DNA of 58,310 nucleotides from Chromera velia (Eukaryota): NCBI GenBank assembly GCA_018398765.1, contig JAHBMJ010000062.1, positions 1 to 58,310 of the forward strand, read 5' to 3'. Shown piece by piece: positions 12,887 to 24,700 of this stretch (position 1 is its first letter; each line of letters starts with the position of its first letter). The notes under the pieces were generated by a model. It saw only the letters and a program-made list of their open reading frames with translations, ran no database searches and was not told where the DNA came from. The position numbers and the translations under genes were made by a program.

Positions 12887-13641
12887 CATTTATCTAGAAA
12901 AACATTTGATGTCAATTAATTTCTGAGGGTTATTCTAGGGAGTATTTCTTATATAACCAACAACATACATATATTATTACTATGTAGTAATTTGTTAGAA
13001 CACACAGACTTACTAGGAACACGTGTTCAAAACCGATTATTATGTTCTCGCAGCGGGTCTCGCTGGAACGGTTAGACCCTCAGTAGAAGCCCACGCAAGT
13101 AAGAGGTGGGTTTGACAGTTCAGGAGGTGCCTTCGGCTGAAGAAACACGGAGACGGTGGAAGCTGGTACATCTGTGTGCGCGTGTGGGGTCTGCTATGGG
13201 AAGACACCCATTGAATCTCATTCGAAGGAGCAAAAGACAGTTTTGAGAAGAAATTTGCATCCTCAAAGAGACCGGTGCCGGCCAGAGTCAGACTGCTCAC
13301 GCATTTGAGTCGGTAGGTGTCCACTCCCTCCCTCCTGATTCGTTCGATCGTTCCCCCTCTGACTCCTTTTCTCGCCTCCAGGGAGCCAACGTACTCGTCC
13401 ATTTCATTCTCCTTCCTCCGCCTTGTGCAGGTCCATCCACCGTGACCCTTGTTCACTTCCCTTTCCCCCTCCCCCCCTTGCCAGCCAGGACCCTTCCCGA
13501 CTAGCTCCCGCATTTCTTTTTCCCCTCCCCTCCCCTCTCCGTGCCCACAGCACCAGCAGAACTGAATTGAGTGGTGTTTCCATATGTCAGTGAGTGGTGG
13601 ATGCTTAATTATTTGCTTGATTTATTGATTGATTGATTGAA

Positions 13642-13684
<43 letters not shown>

Positions 13685-15282
13685 AAGAAAGAGAGAGAGG
13701 GAAACCAAACCGACTTACTAGATAGAAACGAAACAGTTCCGCGCAAGAGAACGGCCCTCCAGACCCGACCCAACTCAGACCCATATGTCCCCCCCCCCTC
13801 TACGTACAGGCAAATTGAAAAAAAAATTTGGTGATGCCGAATTCAACACGCTCAGGCACAACAAAAAAGTAATAATTGACCAGTGCCATGCAGTTCCCCC
13901 TCTGTTGTTCTGCCTGACCCTTTCCGCCTCTCCAACCAAACCTCCAAATGTCCCGTGCCGCGAACCGTCACGGAACCACAGCCCTCCGCGTCCGTTCACG
14001 GATCGAGGCAAACCGCCCACGCACTCTTTTGTGTTTGTCTGGTCTTTCATCCCTCCATTGCTTCCTGCTTTGAAACGACCCCTCTCATCCTTTTCTCCTT
14101 CCGTTCGGTTCCTCTTCGACTCTTTTCTCTTCCCCTTCCTTCTTGTTTCTTCCCCTCACACTCAAACTCTCACACTCTCAGCAACAGGCAGTGAGTGAGC
14201 GAGTGCCGCCTCCTTCTTTTTCGGGGAGGATGCAAGGGAGGACGACAACAGAGGGGAAGGCAGAGAGAGAAGTGTCTATCAGTCGAGAAAAATCAGCACG
14301 GACAGGCGAGATAGAGAAAGTGGGCGGTACCAGCAGAGAGGACCCAGAAAGACTGGATGGAACAGTCGAGTGAATGCCCCAATGCGCGCTGGACAGTAAG
14401 ACAAGTACAGGAATCAAAGAATGTGAGTGAATGAAAAAACGAAAAAGTGACGGGTCAGGTTGGAGCCGCGTCCCTCCCGACCCTTTCCTTTCTTTTGTGC
14501 TCTCATGTCCGTATACGCAGAAAAGGTGAGAAAAAACGCTGACGAAGTTCGCCCTTTCTTCTTCCTCTATTTTTTTTATTCTGCTCCTTTCTGGATTGAA
14601 AGGAAACGAACGGAAACAGAAAAAGTAGTCATTTTCCCCTCCCCTTTCTCTCAGGCAGGCATGCAGTGGTGGAAAAAGAAAAGGTGGTCTGAAAGCGGAG
14701 AGACGAGAACACAGAAGGTCAACCCGACCGATACTCATTTCTGTCTGTGTCCCCTTTCCCGAGTTGGGGGGCCGTCCTTGATCTCTGTCTCCCTCTCTCT
14801 CTGCTTCTTCTTCCTCCAACCACGAGTGAGTGCTCCAGACATGCAGTCATTTTCTTTCGCTACTGTTCTCTCGTCTCGATCATCTCTGTTCGTTCTTTCT
14901 AGAGCTAGAGCTAAAGGAAACGAGTTAATTACCCTACCTCTCAGCTCACTCTCCTCGGAGCACAGCCGCAACAAAACCATGACGGTCACGCACAACAAGC
15001 ACAAAAGGATTGAGCGGGCAAGATTCAGGGCAAAAAACGAGAAACAGAGAGAGAAAACAGAGAGTCCATCCGTCGAAAGAGAAAAACTCTTTCACACCCC
15101 CCACACCGTCCAGGCAAAAGGACGTCGGGAAAGCAGTTGCAAGAGCGGAGACAGCGATCAAGTGGAAGGAGGGTCGGTCTTCATTCATTCATTCATTCAC
15201 TCTACCTTTTTGTCTGTCTGTTCAGTTCTCTTTTCTTTTTCTTTCTTTCCTTCGTTCCCTTTTTATGTCTCTCTTTCTTTTT

Positions 15283-15288
15283 GCCTGC

Positions 15289-15319
<31 letters not shown>

Positions 15320-15590
15320 GCTGCCTGTTTGTCTGCCTGCCTGCCTGTCTGTCTGTCCGGCTGCCTGCCTGTCTGTCTGTCTGTCTGTCTGTCTGTACGT
15401 CCGTCTGTCTGTCTGTCTGTCTGTCTGCCTGTCTGTCTGTCTCTCTGTCTGTCTGGCTGCCTGTTTGTCTGCCTGCCTGCCTGTCTGTCTGTCCGGCTGC
15501 CTGTCTGTCCGGCTGCCTGCCTGTCTGTCTGTCTGTCTGTACGTCCGTCTGTCTGTCTGTCTGTCTGTCTGTCTGCCTGTCTGTCTGTCC
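15283..15590. repeat. (TCTG/CCTG)n microsatellite with higher-order duplication
   Basis: Visible tetranucleotide array just downstream of the large gene. Confidence 0.95.
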
Positions 15591-15746
15591 GTCGTCTCTG
15601 AAGCCAACCACTCTGCCCTCACGCGCTGTCCCCTTCCCTTCTCCTCTCCCTGATGTCGGCATCGCATGTTCTCCGTTCTTTTTGATTTGATGGTTTCTCT
15701 CTCCCTGCCCAACATATTTTGTCCTCTCTTTCACACTCCGTCTCTC

Positions 15747-18700
15747 CTACAGAAAAAAGTGTCGCGACTGCTGAAGGGACTGGAGAACGGAAATGAGGCT
15801 CGTCTTCAGTCTGTCAAAGGCGCTGCCAGGCCCTAGCGGTGCCCCCTTCACATCTCTGTCCCCTTCTTCTTTCTTCTCTGCCTGCGAAATTTTAGACTCC
15901 TTTTGACTCAACGTTGTTTCCTCCCCTTCATGCACTTTCTTCTCCTCACATCCGGCCACTCCTATGCGAATTACTTTGTCTGTTGCATCCTCGAAAAGGA
16001 AGGAAAGTGCGTTGGGCGAACGTCTCGAAGAGATGTCTCCCGTCTCCGTTTTTGTGCTTTCTTTCTCTAGAGAATTTTCTTCTAGCATTTGGACCCACTC
16101 TCCTGTCTCCTTCAACACCCTTCCGGCAACCTCCACCGCATTTTTGAGAAAGATCTCATCAGGCACAACAAAATCCTCCTCCTCCTCTCCTGCCTGACCA
16201 GCCACCTCCCCTCTACTACTTCCCGAAGACTCGTGACGATTCAGGACTACCCGTCCCCCCCTCCTCATTGCCTTTCTTCCCCGCCCCTCTCGCTGACTCT
16301 GCATGGAAGAGTGAAGCTGGAGGAGGGACAGGTCTCCCCACAGATCCTCCCTCGACAAACGGGAGCGCAACCAGGACAGCAGACGGACGGACCCTTGGAG
16401 CACCCCGACCACAGAAGCTGCGGGACCATTTGCCACTCGCTTCACAAGCGCATCGCCCACAGCTGTCCGTGCGGCTTCAGACCCCCACACGCGTTTGCAC
16501 TCTCCCTCATTGGACTCTTCTTTGTCTTGGCGGACCTGGGAGTAAGAGGACATCGAGGTCTCAGTGTGAGGGTTCTCGGCAGGGGCGTTCTGCCTTTGCA
16601 CGAAGATTGCACGATCCACCTCAGAGATCAGGTTGGAGGTCTCCTCAGATCTCTTCTGCTGCTGTGACTGAGAAGAAAGGTCGACAAGCTCTGTGTCGAC
16701 ATTGAGGGCCGTCAGCTTGTTGAGGAGACCCCCAATGGAGAGGACGCCGGAGGCACGCTCGAGAGCACGCACGCCGGAACGGAAGGCAGAGAGGCACAGA
16801 GCAACCGACTGCCGGCGATGTTCCTGTAGCCATCAGGAAGGCAGGAAGGGAAAACAAAACGACAACAGGGGGAGACAGGGAGAGCGATATCAAATTAATA
16901 AGTGAAGCAGCAGGAACGAAAGGGGGGAAATGATGATCAATTGAGAATTTGTTGATACGACCGACAAATTGTCTTTCAGCTGTGCAGGAACGCAGATTAG
17001 GGCAGCAGAAGGACCAAACGAATCAGACACATCCACCAAGTATGCCGTTTCTTCCTTATCTCGGACAAAGAGAAGAGCACAACCGATTTTCCTGGCACAC
17101 AGACAAGCACAGAGAGAGAAACAGGCAGGCAGGCAGACAGACCTGCAGGCGATTCCAGTACGGCAGAAGGTCCTCAGGATCTCCACTGAAAGAGGAAGAG
17201 GACCCCCCTCCCTGGCACTGGAGGTAGGACCTCAGCTGCCTTGCCGTGTTTCGTTCCTCAGCTGCCAACGACCGCGCAGAGGAGACGTAGGCCTCTGCTG
17301 CCTCTCTGAAGTCTCCCAAGGGTCCCTCGAGCTCAAGAAGAAGTCGATCTAGGTCGGCAGACCTCACTTCCCTCTTCAACTCTTCCCTCTCTTCCTTTTG
17401 CTCAGCCGCACGAAGGGAGGCCTTTTCATTCTCATCCCCCCCCCTCTTGAGGATCAAAGAGGGAAGCAGCTTCTCCCAGGCATCGAGCCAGGAGGCGTGC
17501 GTCGAGTGGGAGACGTCCATCCGGTCCAGGATCTGGAAGGCCTCTTCCCTCACTGCGTCTGCGAGCACTTGGCCTTCCGCCTCTGCCTCTCCCTGTCTCA
17601 GTCTTGGCACAGAGGAGCTTCCGGTGTCTCCAGAGGCAGAGGGAGACGCCGCAACGGAATCCAGAAGGAGAGACAGGACTCCGGTCTGAGAGTCAACTTT
17701 GTCGGAAAGCAGGGCGTGAGAAGAGGCAAGCTCTGACAGGAGAGATTCCGTCGCGCTAGCCACCTGAGCTGCGCGGTTTCCGCTTGCGTCAGATGAGGGG
17801 GAATCGAGACCTTCAATGGAGGCGTGCAAGCGGGAAGCTGCAGCGCTCACGTGCGTGTCGACGGACGCTGCGAGAGAAGCAGACATCTCCGACACGCGTT
17901 TGACCAGTGCCTTCACAGTCTGTCTATCTACGCGGTTATTGGCAGGTGAAGGCGACAGGAGAACAGACCGCACTCTCCCTGCCAGACTGTCGGCAGAGGA
18001 GGACACCTTCTCCCTGAGTGCCTCTGAGTCCGGAAGTTCAAAGGTTCTTTCCAACGAGGCAGCAGCTCCCGATTCCCGAACACACGCAAGGAGGGCACCC
18101 TTTTGTGACCCCTCCTTCTGCCCCTCTGACTTCATCTTCTGCCGACACGAATGGATAGCGTCGACGAAGGACGTGCATTTGGAACATTTCGCCTCGATCT
18201 CTTTCGAGAGCTTCTCTCCGTGCCAGTCCTGCAGCCATTCCATTGCGTTCAGCAGCACAGGTGTGGAGGGAAAGGGCAAAAAGTCAAAACTCAAACGGCC
18301 ACATGCCGTCACGTCCCCCCCTCAAAACAGGAACCTGGCGGCCTTTCCAACCCCAAAGCCTCACACCCTGAGACAGAAAATGCAAATTCTATTGACCCAC
18401 CCACCCACTCACTCACCCATTCATCCACAGAAGGAAGCAAGCAAGAAAGGAAGGGAGGAAAGGAAGGAAGGTGGGGAGGGAGGACGCACCTGCAGGTCTG
18501 CCAGCCAGTCGAAGAGGGACTCCTGATACTTTGCGTGGTAGTCCATCATCATCAAGATGTTGTACTGCAGGGACACAGACAAACAGACAAAAAAGACGGT
18601 CATGAAGAGGGAAGAAAAAAAGGAGCCATGTTCAGAAGAGAGAGAAAGACACTGAAGAAAGCTGGGCACAATAGCGTCAACCGACCGACGACTTGACACG

Positions 18701-21700
18701 CAAACACATGGTCCATGTGCAAAATATCCTCGTCTGGTTGAAAACTTGGAGCAAAAAAAAAAGTGAAACACTGCACATCCTCCTCGGCCGAAAATTGCGC
18801 GTGTGTGCGTCTATGCGACTGTGGCAACGAACAGTCTCCTCTAACTGTCTGCCCCCGTCACTCCTTCTCTCCCTACCTGCATAGTGTGGAAGACCTCCTC
18901 CAGTCTCGCGATGATCGCCTGGTTGCCCTTCCGCACAGAGTCCGCGATACAGCTGAGGTCACAGAAGACCTGCAATCTCGTGCGAGACGAGTGAAGAAAC
19001 ACGGATGCTTGCAAGAATGTTGTTATCGTGAAGACTGGCAGCCAACTATTCAGATTTGACAGTCAGAAAAATAATTAAGAACACACGACGATGCAGGATG
19101 CCCTTTTGCCATGAGAAAAAATGTCTATTGGAATAAAACAATTGTTGTGGGGGTCCCTGAAGTTTCCCAAACTGAAAAGAGGACACAGAAGGAAGAGAAC
19201 CACACAGTCAGACACTATATCAAGCTTTCGAACAGCTTTCATTGACCTCACCTTTGCAAACGCATGGTTCACGGCATTGCAGTCGTTGATGCCTGCCTCT
19301 GCGGCGAAGTGCTCGGAGTTCAACAGGAACTGGTCTGCATGCACAGACCGCCAAGAAGGAAGGAAGGAAGGAAGGAAGCATGCAAGCAAGCAAGGCAGAC
19401 GCACGTACGCACATCCACTGGTTCATGCATGAGCTCATTAATTCACGGGTCAGACCACAGCCATGCCATGGAAACAGCGAAGGCAAGACGGCTGGCTACC
19501 ATCCTTCTTACGAAAGGAAATGGAGGAAGGAATTTATCAGAAGACTACGACGCTGTGCGTAGACAAATGAAGGCAGAAATCGAGGTACCCTCCCCAATCC
19601 ACCCACCCACCCACCCATCATTGCCTCATGGTACTTTGACCCAACGTCCATGATGTACTCGCAGGCGTCGTTGATGTCCTGCAGGGAGGGAGGGGGGGGG
19701 GGGCAGAGAGGGCAGGTGAGTCAATGCGGAAAGCGCAAATGAAAAACCAGACACAGGGACAGCAGGTAAGCAGAAAGGTAGACAAAAGATAAAAAAAGAA
19801 GAGAAAGAGGAGTAACACACAGACCATCACCCCATGTCCCCCTGACCAACCGACTGGGTCCCTATCCCCAACGCTGTGAGGACGGGGGTGACCACGGAGA
19901 GAGCCCCGCACACAACGCTCTTTGTGATGGGGAAAATCTTCTCGTGGAACAGGTTCTTGATCGTTCCTGTGCCATACTCGATGCTTTGGAGGGAGACCTC
20001 TCGGGTGTCCTCTCTGCCGAAACACCCCATGACGCTCTCGAAATTGATCCCTGCATGCAGACACGCGGGCCGCTCGCATGCATTCAAAGAGAGGGATCGA
20101 TACTCTCGTCCGTCCATCATTTATCTGTGATGAGAACAGAATCTACTCTTTACCCCCCACCGGACGCACGTACGTCTCCCGAATTGCGTTTCATGTTGCG
20201 ATCGTACCCCCACCTTCACGTACATCCGTGCGTGCCGACACTGCTCTCTCTCACACACACTCAGACACACAAACACACCGACGCACGCACGCACGTACCC
20301 GAGGCAGCCTCCCCAAGGTCCTGTGCCCAGACCATAGAGTCAGAGGAGATCTCTGGAGTCTCGAACCGGCCCCCGTAGAGCATGTACCCGCCTGGGATCA
20401 AGCAACCAGAGGTGGAAAGAAACGATGTGCATCCATTCAGGTAGAAGAAGGGAGGGAAAAGAAATGATGGAGGCGCAACGACACATGCATGCACAAAGGA
20501 AGAGGAGGGCATGAAGACGGGCTTACAGGGAAAGAAAGAAAATAGATCGAGAGAAAAGAAGAGACTACACCCATGCAGAGTCGCAGTACGGAGAATCAAA
20601 TGAGAAGCCGGGCTGACAGACGAAGATCGACAGGTAGGAATCCGTTTTCGAAATGCCGGAAGCCCTTTGTTTCTCTCTGCACTGACCGACTTTTTTTTCC
20701 TTCCGATATGGATGCGACGGAACAACGAAAAAGGAACGAAGCAACAAAAAAAAAACAAATCACGGAGTATCTCACTGACTCACAGGGGTTTGCCCCAATC
20801 TGCGCCACTTCATCGTCCCCTGCACTCGGGCCTGTATACTCTGCACCCAACCTGCACAGAGACAGAGAAAGGAGAAAGACGGGGGCAGGGACAGAGAACG
20901 TCGGGAAGGAGGGACAGGACAGAAGGACGTTCTCTTTTTTCCGCAGTCTCTTTCTCTGATCTCTCTGGTTGAGCATGGTCGGACAGCAAAATGTGAAACG
21001 AAGGAAGTGTTCATAAAGAAGCGAGAAGAAACTGACGGGAAGTTGCCTTCGTCGTCCTCTGTTTTTGCCAATTCACCGAATTGGGTTGCCAGGGCTCCTT
21101 CTTCCTGCATTCAAGTAGGAGAAGCAGAGCACGGACACAGAGTTTCGATGTGTTTGTGGTACTTTATGTTTCTGCCTCCCTGTATTTCCAGCGGGACCTC
21201 AAATGCCCAGGCAAGTCACTGTGCAGGAGGAAAAGGAGAAAGGGGAGCAGGACTCAAAGAGAAACAAATGGGGACCATGAAGGAAAGACCAACGTTTGAG
21301 GTATCCAGATCAGTCATATCTTTGATGAGTGCCCACGGGTGTTTCTTGTCTCCTGCCGTCCGGCAGTAGGGGAGGTACTGATCCTCCATGCTGAAATCAG
21401 AGAGGGTCACCAGGTCGGGTTTCGGGGGTTTCTCTGGCTTGTTCGGTTTCGGTCTCATCTCCTCTCCCTCTCCCTTCTCCTTGGGTTTCTTCATCTCGAA
21501 GTCTCCAATGACAGAGACAGTCATTTTGGAGGCCTTGGCTGCCAGTGCGGCGTCCTCTGAGAACAAGTCCAGCTGTGCAGAGAGCTCCTCTTGGGGCTTG
21601 AAGGCTGGGTGCACGGCCGCAGAGGTCAGGCAGACGGAGGTCTTGTCGATGCACCAATTGGCAACGTCGGGCTTGAAGATGAGGGCAGGAGGACTCTTTG

Positions 21701-24700
21701 GGGCCGTGGTGGGTTGCGACCAGGAGACCCTCTGCATGCGTGCATGTATTTTTAGATTTGTTCGATTCAGGCCACGCATATCTGGTCAGTGTCAGAAAAA
21801 TCTGAAACAAAAGGAGAAAGCGGCAGACAGAAAGAAAGAGCAACATCAAGGAAGAAACCTAAGAGGAAAAAGGAAGAAATTGACCAATCCAGGGCTTGGA
21901 GAGGGAAATTCCGTTGTTTGTCCCCAAACCCCGCATGCATGCTCTGGGCCGAGGTTTCCCCCTCCACATCTTTCCTGCGGCATCTCATACACGTTCCGAT
22001 CAGGCTGCGTGACTCTTCCTGGTCCATTCTCCACGAGCCCATGGATACCCCCCCATGCACCTACCTGCTTGAACTTCAGCCTTCCCGTCCCATCATGTCC
22101 CACAGGGCAGTACTCCCCCTCCCAGGAGGAGAAGACGCCGAGCTTTGAGGGCTCAAGCTTGTACCCAGGGACGTAGGCGTACGGGAGGGGCTGCAGAGAA
22201 AAGGGGGGGGGGGAAGTGAAGAGGCACCGTCAGGCAGGGAAATGACGAGTGCATTGCTGTGGGTCTTCTGTCCATTTCTTTCTCCTGCACGGTCGCGCCC
22301 CTTTTCTTATATGTCAAATAGAAGCGTGTCGAGACCCAGAGACAGCCCGGGGAAGACTGAAAAAAAGTTGGGAGCAGAGACGCCACGAGGAAGCTTATCC
22401 AGAACGTCATGGGCTCCCTGCTGCTGTACGTGTTTCGGTGCCCGGGAGGGGGTCTACATTGGCACAGGAAAAAAAAAATCCAGTATCAATCACGCTCGAA
22501 AGATCAACGGAAGCCGAGAGACTCAAAAAGAGAGCCGAGGTCTGAATGATCGATCGACCATCGACCTACCTGCAGGGACACAGAAGGCGACCCTGTCCAG
22601 CAGCAGGTGTACTCTCCTGACACGACGTTCGTCTTCCCCAGCACCTGGATTTTGAACTTCTGGAGAGCTGCAAAAGCCTCACACTGAATCTGATCTGCCA
22701 TCTCGGGAGCCCCGTCCATCGGAGACGTTTCGGGTGCGTCTGCCGAGCCGAGGTCGACGTTCAGTGTCTGCACAAACACAAACGAAGAGAGAGTGGTGAG
22801 GCAAAGAGGTCTGGTCTCTCTCTTTTGTAGCCCAGATTAGGAGGAGAAGAGGACTCAGGAACAAAATGTCTGTGCGGACAGTCATATTTTGGAGATGACC
22901 CCCCGGCAGACGCACCACCAAGACCTGTAAAAGAGCCAGCAGGGAAGGAAGGGAAAGAAGGGAAGGAGGGGGGGAGGAGGGAAAGACCAACCTGGCACTT
23001 AAGATTTTTTTTTTTTGTATGAAAGTAAACAAAAGACCAACCTGGCACTTAAGACTTGTGGTAACCGTTGCGCACCGCACCTTGCCCTCGAGACGGTTCC
23101 ACTTCCCTCCAGACCTCGAGGTCACCTTCTCGGTAGAGATGCCGAGAATCACCGTCCCCTTGGGGCATTTCACCACCCACTTCTTGAGGTTGTGCTGGGC
23201 AAACCAGGACTTCTGCGACAAGTGACGCCCATCAAACCCGACTGCCATGGTGTAGCTGGAGGCCGTCAGCCTGGGGCCTGTCGGGTTGCTCTTCTGATTC
23301 ACCACCACGGAAGCAACAGCGGCACCGTCTGTCACCAAGGCAGCAGAAGAGCTGAGCTTCGAAGCCAGCGCTCCGTTTGAGCTGGTGGACCAGAATGTGC
23401 TCTCGGCATCTGCATGAAAATTTACATTCATCCATGTGCAACAATGAGATCATGAGATGATGGTCGGCCATGATGAAAGCGATGTAACTTCTGAAATATT
23501 CATAAAAAAGTGCTGCAAGTGTGGAGAGGCTTCTCTCAATCACTTTCGGAGCCGTATTTTTCCGCAATAAACACCGTAGTCACTTCTATCCCTCCGTCCC
23601 TCCTCCTCTCTCTGTGCTTATACAGGTATCTCTTGCGTATTGTCGCGTAGGTTCCTTTGCTGGAGTGTGAAGTCATCGGGGTCAAAAAGGGCAGGAATCG
23701 TGTCACAGAGACAACAAACGCTGCGGTCTGACTGACTTTTTCCGTTCCCCACTGCATAAGAGATTAGCTCTCTGGAGACCATCTCAGAGATCAGGTCCTG
23801 GTCCCACGTCTGCAGGGGGCTGCTGGCAGAACAGGTCCTGTCGCCTCTCCTCTGCAGAACAAAACAGGGAAAGGGAAAAAGAAAAAGGCAAAGGCCTCAA
23901 AACGGTCCCTGACGACTCACAATTACCATTCGCACTCCACGCATGCATGCATGCATGAGTCTGCGAAAAAATCACGCAGAGAAGCCACTTCACTCGTTGC
24001 TGAAGGGAGCGTGCTTTTTCCGGCAGAAAACAAGCAGCAGGCACGGCCTCAAAACATCTGCACCGAACCGCGAGAATGCTAAGGAGATGGCTCCCAAACC
24101 CCCTACCGCGTCATGCAAAAACAAGAGACAAGCAGACACCAATAGCAAGTGTCGCTCGCATGAAAAGCGAACTCGCAGAGAAGCTACCACATCTTGCACG
24201 AAAAACTGCTCTAAGAATTTCAGAGCGCAAAGCACGAGGGAGTCCTGGAAGCAACAAGACACAAGAAGGTCTGAGAAAGTGGTTTGAAGAACGACAGACA
24301 GGGCGAAAGGGCGGATAATGACAAAGAGACAGCAAGAAAGAGCAGAAAGTATGAGAGGTGTCGGAGCCAAACCACCCACAAGACGCATTTGAGAGAAGCA
24401 AGAGAGAAGGGCACATCGAATCCCTCCCGGCTGACGTCTATGACTTCACTGCTGGTTGCCGAAAGGCACTTCTTCTGTCCTGCGTTCTGCAGAGCAAATC
24501 TTCCCTCGGCCTTTGAGAATTTGGTGAACCAGACGTAGTCCTTCGAGAGTTCCAGAGGGAACTCGGGATTCAGAGTGCCTGCAGAAAGAATGAGATGATG
24601 ATAAGAATCCACGAAGAGAGGAAGGGAAAGAAAGAGGGGGAGGATCCGAGCAATAGAGAAAGGAATAGAAATGCCAGACGAGTAAGAAGAAAAGGGGGAT

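Noticed and set aside
4540..13082. Harbinger-like TIR pair TAA-GGGTCCGAAC / GTTAGACCC-TCA enclosing the LTR element
   Set aside because: Only about 5-7 bp match and the TSDs differ, which is compatible with chance.
23941..23957. TGCATGCA (ApiAP2-type motif) runs, also near 2584, 20484 and 52469
   Set aside because: Mostly intronic simple repeats with no positional evidence for regulation.
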